Shown here piece after piece: positions 27,539-40,990 of a DNA stretch of 64,000 bases. The DNA is from Balamuthia mandrillaris (lineage: Eukaryota), in assembly GCA_031835245.2 (NCBI GenBank), contig JAVKOQ020000012.1, positions 1 to 64,000 of the forward strand, given 5' to 3'. The translations under genes were made by a program, and so were the position numbers. Position 1 is the stretch's first letter. Each line of letters opens with the position of its first letter. The notes below the pieces were generated by a model. It was not told where the DNA came from. It saw nothing but the letters and a program-made list of their open reading frames with translations, and did no database searches.

Positions 27539-27656
27539 ATGGACCAAGAGCAACAAAAGATAGTTCAAGAGTACTTTTTGTTGGTCGAGAAGTCACAACA
27601 GCTATTCGCAGGGCTTCGGTAGATCTGATCTCCCTCGCTCCGCCTACTCTTCCGCT

Positions 27657-27687
<31 letters not shown>

Positions 27688-30164
27688 ACTAACAATGTAG
27701 CAACCACAGAGACCTTCCTCAGTTTGGAAAGCATTGGCAGCCCTATTTTCAACGGACCTTTGAAATATACACAAAGGTGCGCACAAGTGTTTTTTGTTGT
27801 GTTTACCGTTTCAGCCTTCTGTTGATTTCCCCTCTAACACACTTTAAAAACCAACAGCTATGGAAGTTCCAGCAGCAGCACAGGTAAGCTTGCTAGTCCA
27901 GTCACTAGAAACTTGTATCCACGCACGTTAACGCTAAGCTATTGTTCTTTTTGCCTTCTCTTGCTGACTGTTCAGAGCGATATTGGAGAACAAAGAAATA
28001 TATGGCCTTAAGAGATGGTACCATTCATCTTCAACATTATCTTGCTTATAGAGCATTGCTGACTTTGATCGCAGGGAGATCGGAGAGATAGCCTCCAAGA
28101 TAGGCCAGCTCTACTACCACTATTAGTACGAAACATTTTATAATTTGTTTACTTTGTGCTCGTTCCTTCCCTTATTCTCACCCATTCATTCTGCGTAGTC
28201 TGCGCACGAGCGAAACTAATTACATTGAGGAAGCCTATGTCTTTTATGAGGCTATTCGCCAGAGGGATTATTTCAAGAGTGTATTCGAGACAAAGAAGTA
28301 AGTTTGTTGAGCAGCCAATTTTGATTATGTACAAACTTGCTAACATTCATTTGCATGCCAGCTCGCTGTTGGTCGTGAAGAAACTGCGTTACTATGCTCG
28401 CTTTATTGTGGTTAGCTTGCTGCTGAATCGAAGGAAGTTGGTCAGTGCCTTAGTCGACGAATTACAAGTTCTGGTGGATGCCTATATCAAAACATTCAAA
28501 CCCGGCGATGCTGCTGCATGGAGGCTTGTTCTGCAAGAAATCAATTTGTTCCTCCAGGTTTGAGCCAACTCTTATTGAGGACAGAAATATCAATTGTCTC
28601 TATCCTTAACGTATACCTTTGTTTTTTGTGTCCAGGTGGATCGTCCCTTGGTACTATTGGATAAGAGCAAAGATGCTCCACCCATTTCCAATCGCCTAAA
28701 TCTTCCTCCTTCAACTCTTGAAGGCAAACCAAAATTACAAGAAGCTATTTTGGTTGGAAATTGTCAAAACCAAGTCAAATTCAGCGAGCTTACCCTTGAC
28801 ATGTTCCGCATCATGCAAGTACTTGAAAGAGAGCAAGGAATAGTCTCGAGGTTACCGGAACCTGAGGTGAGTATTTATCTATTTTCTGTCTCCACTCTTG
28901 GAAGTAAATTCTGCGTTTGACATCTCATTTCATGGCTAGGACTTGGAGGGATCAGCACATAGACCCGTTAACCCACACAAGTTCCTGTTATACAGGCCTT
29001 CTTTCTCGCAATTATATGTTTTCCTTTCAACAGCATTTAAGGTCTCGCTCCACTCCTTACATTCGACATTGTTGTATCTAACACGCCTTTTCCATACAGG
29101 AACTGAGCGACAATAATGTATTGCTGCTCTACCTTTCCGCTGATAGTCTCAGCGGCGATATCCACAATGATGAAAGCAAAGAGAAAGACAAAGATAAACA
29201 AGCACTCGGGGATGTAGTTTACCGGAAAGGAGGGCTAGCAATGAGCAGCACTGTCCTCTCCTCAAGCCCTGATTCTCTGGAAGAACCAGAACAAGCCCCA
29301 GAATCTCCGTATGGTTTATATCCGGAGGATCTTGTTCCTTTTACACGAAAGAAGATGTTTGTGATCGTCGAGAGTGGCAACAGCCTTGCTTTCAAGGCAA
29401 GCTAATCCATCCCTTCACATCAATTTCATATTTATGTCTTGCTGACACCAGTTCCATTCAGTCCATTCAAAACGTATTCGGAAAACCGTTCCTCTTTTTG
29501 CTTTCTCCCACAAGGCGCGAGTATGGAGGAGAGCAACGAGGTATGCACTATTTCTCCTTCAATTCCTGTGCTTTATTCCCAACATCTTTTATTTACTTCT
29601 GCCTTCCCGTCGTGGCAGGGAATCTGTTTACACTGTTCCTTAGTGCTCCCTTGAGCGCATTTTGCTTCATGGTTGGCAAAACGAGTGTGCCTCAAGATAC
29701 ATATGAGAAGTGCGAAAAATCACTGTCGAACTCATTCGAAGATGTTCACAAACTTCTGTGTAATTTTGAATCTATCCGTACGTTCTCCTCCCTCCTCCTC
29801 TGCAAAAGGCCCAGGCCGAAGAATATCCTGCTGATTTGTCTTCTTCCTCAATAGCACCCGCTTTCCACGATTTCATAGAGGAAGACTTTTTGCAATCTTT
29901 CATTCTTCGCTTCATATTCTGCTATTCCGTGCTGTACCTCCACAAAAGCTACCAATCCAAGGTTCTATTCTCTCTGTTAGCACTATTGCCTTTTTTCTTT
30001 CTTCATCTAATGTGGTTTTTGTTCAAACTAATTAGGCTGCTGAGAGCCTGCCCCAGTCCCACCCAATGCTCCCTATGGATTTCCTGTCCCATCCTGTCGT
30101 GCTTTCTATTGTCTATAAGCTGGCTTCTTTCTTGCAGGTGACTGATCAATTTGGACAGCCTTGA
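27539..30164 (+). CDS. SCAI: SCAI-family protein, many exons
   Basis: GLR/DLPQFG..WQPYF.RTF, LWKFQQ, YGLKR/WEIGEIASKIGQLYYHY/YLRTSE, KKLRYYARFIVVSLLL, VKFSELTLDMFRIMQ.LE, NPHK.LLYRP, LYPEDL.PFTRK. Confidence 0.95.
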
Positions 30165-30383
30165 GAGAACAAGCCCACAAAAACAGAGAACAGACCAGAC
30201 AAAAACAGAAAAGCTGAACCACAGATTACTTTGTGGCATGGTTATTTTTCAATTGTTTAAGAAACACTTTGAATACAAAAACAGTGGGAGGAAGGAAGCT
30301 TGCTTTACATGTTCTCTGCCCTTCTTCTCTACATATCACTGTTAACCTATGTACAGTTTGTAGCTTTGCCAGCAGGTCCTTTG

Positions 30384-30995
30384 TTAACTGGGCATTGATT
30401 CGAGAGGCCTTCGGTACCGTTTCATTTTAGCCTTTTCGATGATAAACTTGCCTTCCTTGTATTTCTCTTTCTCTTCAAATGCTTCTTCCTGTTGTTGAAC
30501 GAGGGAGAGGAGAGACACAAGTAAGACAAGGAGAACGAACTAAGAAAGACTACCGGGCTACAAAAACTAGAAAAAAGAGGAAAACGTGCACGAGGAGGAG
30601 AAGAAAATGGTAGAACATACGTATTTCCAACCGAGGGTACTATTGCACTCAATGCAATAAATGTCAGCAACGGTGTGCAAACCCGTTATTAAGATACGGT
30701 CCTCTTTTGGACCAGCAACCACGTTTACCCTATTGGTTTACTTTGGTCAGAGGGACCAAAGGTAAAACAAGGAAACTATATGCGTACACTGTGTTGAATA
30801 AATAGGCCCTGCCATGCCTGCCTTGAAAAGCCTACATAGAACGTTTGAGCTCAGCCCGAAGAAAATCAGCAACACCGACGGGCAAAAAGCGCATACCTTT
30901 GATATGATCTGGTCGTGTTGTGCCAAGTGGGAGTTGCATTTGTTGCACTTCCAAATATTATCCCCGGAAAGGTACTTTTTGAAAACCTTGCCCAT
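30384..30995 (-). CDS. YPEL: Yippee-like zinc-binding protein
   Basis: [47 protein letters not shown]...[22 protein letters not shown]. Confidence 0.95.
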
Positions 30996-31568
30996 GGTTT
31001 CCCTCTCTCTCCCGCTTCTTTGCCGCGGCAGCTCCACACACACGCACAAAAAAAGTGACCCTTTGTCCTTTGTTCTCCCCTTTTATTTATGTGGTTTGCG
31101 TGTGCCAGGAAATTTGGGCAAGGAACAACACTCGAGATTTCCTTCCAAACACTTTGGCGTTTGACCGTCGACACAAATGGGCGCTGACCGAAGAGGCGTG
31201 CGTGGTGTCATTGTGCCTCTATGCTAGAGGGGTCGTTGGGTGAGGGCATTTTTGTAAGGGGGAGCATGATTTTGCCTTTTGTGGTGTTAGTTTCGTCGAC
31301 TTTCCAACTGTAAGCCAAAGCCAGTCCGCACGGAAGCAGTGTGCCGCGCCCATTCTTCTGACCCACCCCAACAACAAAGGTATGGCTTTCTTTCCTTCTT
31401 TCTTACTTTCTTTCTTCAACTTCTTTGTACACTTCACATCTGGGAACACACAACCTTGACTTGATCGCACTCTTTTCTTTTGATCTCCACTGAGAGAGGC
31501 GCACCCCTTCGATTGAAGTCTTGCTGAGTGATTTTTTTTTTCTTTTATTTTTTTCGTGCTTCACAACC

Positions 31569-32318
31569 ATGACAGGAAGGACCGATAAAATGTCTGCCAA
31601 GATCAAAGCCAAGAAAGAGGAGGACCCCTTCAGCGAGTTCAAAACTGATCGCCGTCCTTCCCCTGGTCAACTCTTTGTCTACTTGCCTTCTGCTATTGCC
31701 GTCACTCTTATCCCTCTTTGTATGCCTCTCTGCTTCCCTTTTTTCCACTTCACGCCCTAACCCCCCTTTTCTTTGTTTGGGGCACAGATCTTTACCACTC
31801 CATTTTTGGCATGGATCTCCAATCCTACGCTCCTCTCTTTGCTGTTGTGACCGCACTCAGCACCCTTTTTGTTACCATTGCCTACCACAATATCTCCTTC
31901 TGGTTGAAGACCAGGTTTGTAGCTAATTTTTGAGTGCTTCCCCCTGCTTCTCGTTTCTCTGACTCGATGGCGCTCGTATTAGGCTCTCCACTCAGCGTGA
32001 CAAGATCCTCACCAAGGGAAGCGTGACGGACAAGGTTAGCGACAAGAAGGTCGCCCTCGAGAACAAGAAGCAGAGCCAAGCCGCAGTCACTCATACCGAG
32101 TCCATGGCATTCTCCATCCTCTACAACAATGCCTTGTTCCTCTTCTCCGTCCTCGTTTTGGCCTTCATCGTTTTCAAGAACGCCTCTGCTCCTTAGTACG
32201 TTCTCTCTTGCCGCCTTTTTTTTTTCTTACGCTAACTTTTCCCCCTTGCAGCAACTACGTCTTCTCGATCGCTCTCTCTGCTGGTCTCCTGTCTTTTACC
32301 TCCTCTGCCTCTGTCTAA
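31569..32318 (+). CDS. SSR3: Translocon-associated protein subunit gamma (TRAP-gamma); alternative ATG at 31590
   Basis: IPL/YLYHSIF.MD, IAYHNI.F.LK, ESMAFSILYNNALFL, four hydrophobic segments, NYVFS. Confidence 0.9.
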
Positions 32319-32451
32319 GCTTGGGTGGCGAGAAAGTCTTCCCACTTTGCTACATTTGAACTTGCATCAAAAACTCAAACAACAAGAGCTTTTTTCCTTT
32401 CATCGCTGGAGGTGAGGCAACACATGCGGCTTTATTCACAGAGATAATAGG

Positions 32452-33192
32452 CTATGCCAGTAGAGGCCCTTCTTTTTCCTTCTCCTTGTTGGTGGTGGTC
32501 ACCCGATCTTTCAACTCAACGCCATGTTGGGAAGAAGAAGAAGCGGTGGCAGACAGTGCCAGGATCTGGCAGCTGTGCTACCGACAAACCAGCCATCAAG
32601 CGAGCCAGCTTGTTCGATGTCCTCTGCAGTATCCGCAGCAGCAGTACTAGCAGCAGCAATGGGGGTGGCGGTAGACTGCCTGGGGACAGTATCGCCCAAC
32701 AACTCGGCAAGCTCCTTTTCCAGCTCGTCCTCGTCGACGAGGGTGAGTTGGTCGTTGCCTTGGGTAAAGGCCTCGTCCACTTCTCGCTGGTCTGCAAAGA
32801 CCTCAGCCAGATCCTCCATCACGTCATCCACTGCCTCTGCTGTGAGTCCCTCTTTCTCTCTGATGGCTTTGATGGTGGCCACTCCTTCCTTGTACTGCTC
32901 CAAGATCTACAATGGTTATGCTTGCATTAGCAACCAGAGAACGAGAAGGAAGAGGATAGGTGATGATATGTACCTCTTTGTCGGTTTGTACTTGTTGGAT
33001 AGTCTCCAACATTTGGCGTAAGGTCTCGTAAGTCCCCATTCTCTTTTCCAACAGGCTTTGTAGTCGCTTCTTGCGACGCAGCTGAGCAAGTGCTTTGCTC
33101 TTTCCTAGATTATGCGGCGTCGCGTTTTTGTTGAGCTGAAGGGCCTGCTTCACGCACCTGCTCATTTTGACTGTGAGTTGTGAAAGAGAGAG

Positions 33193-33223
<31 letters not shown>

Positions 33224-34335
33224 ACAGAGAGAGGGAAGAGATGAACCCTTCTATTTCCTTGCTGAGACTTGCTTCCTGTTGTTCTATTGCGGCCATCGCT
33301 AGTTTCAACTGTACAATGCCCTTGTCTGCTTGGGTAATGCTCACGGCTTGGCTATGTTTTTGTTTCTGACTCGCGAACTTCACCGCCTGCACACATTTGT
33401 TTGGCAAGGTTTGTCAACAAAACACACACAAACAAAAAAAAAAGAAAAAAAAAGAAAAGAAAAGAACGAAGCAGGAAAAAGAAACACAACACAGGAGCGA
33501 GAGAACACCTTTTCGCCATTTGGCAGGACAAACAAGGATAGACGGTTGGTATGTTGTAGATAGGCACAAAGCAGCAAAACATTCTCTTGAGAGAGCGGCA
33601 AGTCTTCTTTTTGTTGCCTGTGAACCAATTCCTTCAGTGGCACGACATGATCTATAGCAAAACAACTGCTTGCATGGTGAGTATCCCAAAGACTTTCCGC
33701 GAGCTCCTTTTGTTTTGACAGAAAAAACAGTCAATCACGTTGGTTCTGATCTTTAACAGAAAAAAACAATAAATAAAAACATGATAACAAACCTGAAGGA
33801 GGCGTAGGCACACCAACTCCACTTGCGCTGTTTTGCTGGACCAACCCCACCGCAACGGGCCAAGTACCAGGCTGCCCATCCAAGCCAACCAACCCTGCCG
33901 CGTCATGAAATCTTCCTTTGTTACCATTTTTTTCTGAGCCATCAACTCTGCCTTCAACAACAGAAGACAGATGAGAGAGGAAGTTAGGCGGAACACAAAC
34001 TGGAGTGGAGGCAACCAACTCACCACTACTTGTTCCAAACTTTGGGGTACGACGTTGTTGCGCTTGAAGGCGCGTTTGACTTGATCCGTGCTAAAGACGA
34101 GTTGCTTGTGGTGCCGTAGGTAGGCGTAGAGCGCAGACTCCCAAAAATGTAACAGATCATCCCATGCCTCCTCATCGCTCTCCCTGGTGGAGGGGAGCGG
34201 GCCGAACATTTTGCGCATCCTGGCATCGTCGTGCCATCCTTCCAGACTGGAGAAAAAGGTGCTTGTCGTTGTGTCCTCTTCTCCTCCTTCTTTCTTTGCC
34301 GCCCGGCTGCTACCGGTTTGCTGTTGTGACTTCAT
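32452..34335 (-). CDS. CHMP7: CHMP7 (winged-helix plus Snf7 ESCRT-III), multi-exon, apparent small frameshifts at the C-terminus
   Basis: W.DDARM..MF, FWESAL, AFKRNNVVPQSL, GWLAW, ALAQLRRKK, V++ YKEGVATIK, VDDVMEDLAE, DEDELEKELAEL. Confidence 0.88.
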
Positions 34336-34548
34336 CTCTCTCTCTCTCTCTGACTTCTTTTCCCGCCTTTTTTCCCCGGCACATGATGACCTCAGCACGC
34401 TCACATCTAGTGATACATCTCTCTCCTATCCTCGCTCATCTCTTGGCGCTTCGTTGGAGAGAGAACCCCCCTGAGTAGGTTTTTATTTTTTTTTTTCAAA
34501 AACTTTTGGTGTTCTATAAGAGGCGGAAAGGCAACAACGCAAGAAAAA

Positions 34549-35775
34549 ATGGCAGGGAAGAAAAGCATATCATGGGATCTGACGGCAGAAACAGGGTGGA
34601 CATCGATTACACGCAAAGCAGGACGAGAGACGACTCGCCGGCACGAGCAGGAGCTCCTTCAATTCAGCGCTGAGGCGGACTGGGAGGACAGCCCTCTGCA
34701 ACATTTCAAGGAGGACCACAAAGATAGAAAACACATCATAAAAACTCCCAAATCCCAGAACAAAGGAAGATGGCTAAACAGCGCCCAGCTGGACTTGCTT
34801 CTGAACGATTTAGAGGGATGCAGCCCACGCGGACGAGAAGAGGCTAACGCGGAACCACCGCCTTCCGCTAAAGAAAACTGGAGAGCATCTGAGTCTCTCA
34901 ACGCCCTAGAAAGCCTCTTTGAAGGGATGCAACTTCCATACCAAGAAGAGCAAGGCGAGGAGATAATACCTTTCGCACCAGATCCTTCTTTGCAAGAGGC
35001 ATTGTACGACGATACCACGGAGGAGACCACTCGCCGGACCACTCCTGTATTCACCCCGCACGACTCGGCCAGCTCCTCCCCGTCTCCGGCCACAAGAGAC
35101 CCTCAGATGTGCCCTTCCAAAGAAGAAAATGGGGTGAGATACCCTCATCGAATTTACCCATATTGCCAGGAGGACAACCTTTCCCTGTCCTCCGCAAGAA
35201 AACTGTTGCCTTCCCTACAGCCATGGGAGGCTAAGATGGAAGAGATATGCGTAGGCCAGATGTTAGGCTCTGGCACGGTGGGTGTATCGTGGGTTGGAGT
35301 TTTGCGGAACAAGCAGGTTACCGTGAAGAAGGTTCACATGGACGCGAAGACACTGGAACCTGCTTTTAAGGAACAAGTCACCCAACTTGCATGTGAATTG
35401 AGGTACGCAACTTCTTCTTGTTTCAAACCGGTTATCGCAGACTGTAGAACTATTTACCAGTTTGCTTAATAAGTGTTCCTAACGAGTATCTTCCCTGCAG
35501 CACTCTGCACCATCCCCATATCGCACATTTCGAGAGTATATGTGTGGAACAAGAGGTTTGTTTGGCTTTGGAACACGTAGGAGGCATCAGCCTTCATGGG
35601 TACCTCCACAACCACGGCAACACCATCGAGTTGAACTTTCAGCTCAATGTGGCAAGGCATGTGAGCTCTGCTATGAGGTACCTTCACTCCCAAGGAGTGG
35701 TCCACGGTAACCTGAAACCCAGAAACGTTATCGTAAGGATCATTAGAATACGACCATTTTCTTCAAGTGTTGACA

Positions 35776-35806
<31 letters not shown>

Positions 35807-38800
35807 CTCTCGCTGCTGTTTGCTAGATTGACCGCAATCACACAGCCAAAGTGACGGACTTTGGGCTCAATATCGTACGTGCTGAGCTAGAGAAAAGGCA
35901 CCACAAAACCATGAAAACTTCTTCGCCTTACAGCGCGCCTGAAATACTTGCAGGTTTATCTTTTCTCTCCTTTCAATCGGACGTTTACAGGTAAGTGCTC
36001 ATACTACCGAGTGTTAGCTGTTCTGTTCTCTTATATCTGACTGGTAACAGTTTTGGGATCTTGCTATGGGAACTTTTCACTCGGGAGCATCCGTTTCACG
36101 ATGTATCTCCAGCTCGTCTGATCCGTGACATCGTAGATGAAGAAAAGAGACCAGACATTCCAGTGTGTCCTCTTGTTATCTCCCGGCTGATGCTAGCATG
36201 TTGGCAAGGTACCAGTTTTTTTTGTGTGTCCTATTCATCGCAATGGTTCATACCCTGTCTTCACACAACAGCTGATCCGTCAAAGCGACCATCCTTTGAA
36301 GCTATAGCACGTATTCTTTCGCAACCCAACGAAAAGATAGTGCAATATGATCCAATAAAAGTTGACGGTACACTCGCATACTGTTTACTTGTCGCTTTTT
36401 TTTAAGTGACCTCTTTTCGCCTTGTTAGCTGGTGGTGATAGCAAAATGGTATGCCCGCAGGCAGACTCTTCTGCTGTCAGCAACAAGGAAAATGAGGACG
36501 CGGGTGAAACTGCAAGGAGAAGGAAAGATCTCATTGCTCGGATATTCACCTTACTTTCAACCAAAGACATAAACGCCAAAATGAAATCTTTAGAAGCCAT
36601 CATCTCCATTGCTAATGACGGTAACTTCGTGTCCTCCTCCCTCTTTGTTCGGTCATTGTGCTAAAAGAGGTCCCTCATGTACTTAGAAAACAATGCAGCA
36701 GAACTGATAGAACAAGGTGTCGTGGAACAAATGTTTCAAATGGTACAAGACAGCAATCAAGGAGAAGAAGCCCTTGAAGTTATTACCAGGGGTATACGTA
36801 ACTTGCTAAAATGGGGTTAGTATTTCTCTAATTGTGGTCTGATTGTCTATCTTACAAACCTCTACTTAGAGAAAATGAAGGAATGGGTCATGCAAAACAA
36901 TGGATTGGCAACAATCCTATCCCTCCTTTACTATCCCGAAAAGAATCCTGCTTTACTTTTTGAAGCTACGAAAGCAGTCGCTCTCTTAGCTTCCACCTGT
37001 ACGCTGAGTCAACTTGTTTGCGTTTCTTCAACAACTGACATTCTCCGTCTTGCGCTAAAGACGAACGGAAGGAACTCATCGCTGAGGGTGGCGGAATAAG
37101 CTGCCTTGTTGACATGTTAAGCACAGAAAGCGAACTGGTTCAAACGCAGGCTGTAACAGCGCTCATCTCTTTGTTCGAATCAGAGAAAAACCAAATGGAA
37201 TTCTACAAAGCAAATGGCTTACCTTCTCTGCTACAACTCTTCCATTCAAACAACCTGGTGCTTCACATGAGGTTACTCAGCGCCTTGTCCACTTTAACAA
37301 ATAACGGTTAGTTGCTAACATCCTTGCCTTTCTTTATGAACTCTGTGTTCTTCTAACGTTGTTATTATGGTTCGTTATTGTGTTTTGTGTGAAACATGAA
37401 GACATTACGGCCGCCATAATAAAGAGAGCAGGTATATTTAAGTTCTATCCTGCTTTATTGCAGATGCAGAGCGTGGTTGTGAGAGTAGAAGCTTTGAAGA
37501 GTTTGATAACATTTGCTCAACGAGGTAACATTCCATATACTTTGCTTTTCGAGTATGATCTGATTATTTTACTTTTATTGCAATAGAGGACTTGTCCGTG
37601 AATCTCTACGAGCACGGCGTCGTAGCTGCTCTTCTGAAAATTTACACAGAAGGGGATCACTCCGAGGTGTTACTTCGTTGGGCGAGTCGTGCTCTTAAAT
37701 ATTTCAGGATTGATGGTTTGTACTACATTGGTAATTTGTTTCTGTTTTGAGTTGAGAGCCGATCCTTGTCCTTTCTTGCTGTAGAGGAACAAAGCAAAGC
37801 AGCGGAAGCTTTGGGTGGTGTTGCACCACTTCTGAAAGTACTACGATGTCCTTACAAATATGTGCGAATTCAAGTGCTGCTGTTTTTACGGTTTCTTTTG
37901 AAAAAAGGTCAGCAGTTACTAATATGTTTAACCACGTCACGAAAACCTTACGAAAGCTGTTTTTCTGAATATTTAAGCTGAATACCTACAAGACATGCTT
38001 CAGATCAACGGAGGATTGGCTACTCTTGTAGAGAAAATGGACCACCTATATGACGAAGTGAAAGACGAGGATGTAGTCAAAACAGAAGACGTTATGGAGG
38101 CCATTGGGGCTGGCCTATCGATCCTTTCCGATGCCTGCAGTGATGGTGATGGTAAATTTTCTCTTCTCTCGCTCTCTCTGTGGATAACAACTAAATGAAA
38201 ACAAATGCAAATGTATTCTCTGTTTGTCATGGAAGAATCCACGTTGTTGAAAGTTGGAGCATCGGGAGTATTACAGCTGATTGCAGAGCGAGAGCTGCTC
38301 AACACAACTCAATGGAACATACAAAGTTACTCCATCTTTGTTTATTCTCAGGTTAGTGGAGTGGAAGCTGGGCATGACATGATAGCAGCCACCGGACCCC
38401 GAGTGATAGCTCGTTTGCTTTCCCTTCTGAACGATGAAAACGAATCTATAGCGTTGTATTCCTTCACATGCATTGCCAATCTGTGTAGAATAGGTACTGG
38501 AATGCGCTATCACAAAAATAACGTATGTTTTGACTCACCATCGTCTGTTGCTATTTTGAACCAAATCTCTAAGGTTATGTTCGCGAGTATCTATACTCTG
38601 ACTTACAAGGAATGAAAACAATACTGGATTACCTGCATGATCCTAACCCTAGAATTGTGGAAAACCTGCTTGTTGCTGTTTCGTTTTTCATTCTGGATGG
38701 TATGGCGCTCTTGCCTCATGATTCTTTGGCTCACCTTTTTACGTACCCTATTAGAGGCCTCTCATGAAATAATTCTGGAGCATGCTGTAGACTCTATCGC

Positions 38801-39131
38801 AACTTTCTTAGCCAGTCCTTATGAAAAGCTAAGGACTATATCCCTCAAAATAATATTGGCTCTCGTGGCTCGATCAGGTAATCCTCCTCCTCTTCCTCCT
38901 CTTCCTCCTCCTCCTCCTCCTTTTCTCTCTCTCTCTCTCCATCCAAAAACGCCAAGTGAACGTCTCCTCTCTCCTGTACGAAATTCTATTGTATCATTAG
39001 CGCCAGCAAGAAGAATGATCCGCGACCTTGGAGGTGCATTGTACTTGCAACGGCTGGAGGCCTGTTCGCCCCCCAACATCGCAGCAGCTTGCAAAAAGTG
39101 TCTGGTCCTACTGCAACAGGATCTGAAGTAA
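34549..39131 (+). CDS. TKL-type kinase-like (probable pseudokinase) domain followed by armadillo/HEAT repeats
   Basis: LGSGTVG, VTVKK, HGNLKPRNVI, AKVTDFG, YSAPE, SDVY/SFGILLWELFT, CWQ/..PSKRPSF, then ARM-like NGLATILSLL, GGISCLVDML, NGLPSLLQLF, GGVAPLLKVL. Confidence 0.85.
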
Positions 39132-39199
39132 TGTTTGATATTGTTAAAAAGGGATACTTGCAATGGAGCAATTGGAAGTAGTAATGCAAAGCAGACACA

Positions 39200-40990
39200 A
39201 TACAAACTGAAGGTAAGTCATACCTCTGAGGTAAGTCATACTTACTCAAAGATTTGCTTGCCTATGACTTACTTTGATTGGATTGCTTTGTGAAAATAGT
39301 AAAAAAGAAAGGAATTCACACAACCTAAAGCTAGGTTGAAATGCACTTTGTTAGAAAACTCCAATATAATAGCTCTTCTTTTTTTCCTGTTGACCTCTCT
39401 TTCTTGCCTCTTGGCTTTCATCTTGTCCTTTCTTGATGCTTTCTCTCTGTCTCTGCCCTTTTATTGATTTTTTTTTCTCAATTGAGTGTATATCTATAAG
39501 CTATTTCTTACTTATCTTGATTTGTTGATCATTGCCGATACAACTAACCTTTCACTTCTTTCTTTATTCTTCTTTAGCTTATATTAATACCTAGTCCATG
39601 TTAGCCTTTTGTTATTTCTTTTAGATTTCTTTTTCATAGAACTTAGGAATTTTACTTTCTTCCTTCTGACATGTGCTTGGGCCTTTGGGTTCTACAAAAC
39701 AGCATTAAATACCATTTTTCATTATTTTTGTATTTTTTAAAATCCTTGTTTCTGTGTATAAGGAAGGAAATTTTCACACATGCTGCAAGTTCATTGCATA
39801 ATTCCTACTAGCTGCACTAGTAGACCTGGTTAGGTGATCCTTTTTCTTTTGTCTATTCTCTGCTTAGCATAAAAAGAGGGGGCAAAAGAAGAAGAAAGAG
39901 GCAACAAAAGGTGCACATATATCTTCCACAAACTAGCTGTGATCAATTGTGAGACTTCTTTTTCTAGGCTGCTGCTCTCAAGGTGGGTTTGAGAATGCAA
40001 AAAACATTGCTTACCTGGCAGCAAACTATTCCCTGCTTAGCTTTCTCCCTTGTGATGCAGATTCAAGGATGGAAAGAAAAAGGGTTTTGGGATGTGCTGC
40101 TTTTCAAGAGATTTCTTGGACCTAAATACTTGTCTTGCCTGTTGCCTCAACACATCTCTTCTTTTGGGTGGTGGTTGTAAGTAATCTCCACTCAAAGAGA
40201 AAGAGTGAAGGATAGCATTGTAAAAGTAGCAAAGAAAGACACCCCAGTAAGAGGGGAGTTTGTATGTAATGTACTCTACACAAAAACCAATTATATACAA
40301 ACCAACAGCAAGTATACTGGTCTCTTGGTCTATTGTGGATCTCATAGCTTCTTCCTCATGATAGAGGAAAAGGAGGACAGTGGTGAAAGATGAAGAAAAA
40401 CAAAGGTAGCTTGTAGGAAGTCTTGGTAAGCAGGGAATAGTTTGCTGCCAGGTAAGCAATGTTTTTTGCTTAGCATTTTTAGCTTTCTATGAAAATCCTG
40501 GAACTTCTCAGGAGAATGATACACAAACAAGATGACAGGAAAAGCAGTGTTGAAGTGAAGTTGTGGAAACAGAAAAACTTACTTTAGCTCAGCACAGCAA
40601 AAAACAAACCTTCAATGCTCATTTCTCTCTGGAACAAAGAATAAGTGAGCAATATGAACCACCCTGGGATGGTATATGTATTCTGTCTTGCTGGAGGAAC
40701 AAAGAGAAAGAAATAATGCAATGAAGCAACCTGATGGAAGATAAACCTGCATGTACATAACTCTGGGTTTGTTCACAAGAAAAAGGGGTGTGGACCAAAG
40801 TGTGTGCTTGGAATGTGTTATGAGGAAAAAGGGAAAATAAAAGGGAGTGAGAGAATTTGGGGCACCCAGGGAAGGGAGAGTGTTCCCTGCCAGGAAGTTA
40901 TTTATTTTTTTTTTTTTTGTTGGAAACATCCAAAAAAGAAAGACAAAAATGAATTTTTTGGGAAAAAAAAAAGAAGGAAGAGCAAGGTAA
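39200..40990. mobile_element. Probable decayed, formerly methylated transposon or pseudogene relic (CpG-depleted)
   Basis: Only one CG dinucleotide seen in ~1.8 kb, clustered short repeats at the left edge, an internal 43 bp inverted repeat, and no credible long ORF. Confidence 0.5.
39997..40469. repeat. Perfect 43 bp inverted repeat pair (39997-40039 and 40427-40469), MITE-like
   Basis: GCAAAAAACATTGCTTACCTGGCAGCAAACTATTCCCTGCTTA and its exact reverse complement. Confidence 0.9.

Noticed and set aside
28559..28635. TCCTTAAC U12-like branch motif in a SCAI intron
   Set aside because: The donor is GTTTGA (U2 type) and the motif is ~25 nt from the AG; insufficient for a U12 call.
39805..39823. 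CTACTAG-CTGCA-CTAGTAG hairpin as a possible Helitron 3' end
   Set aside because: No correctly placed terminal CTRR or 5' TC boundary could be established.
40008..40170. CTTACCTGGCAG matches the 5' end of U1 snRNA
   Set aside because: No U1-70K or U1A loop motifs and no U1-like stems follow in either arm; it is part of the inverted repeat.
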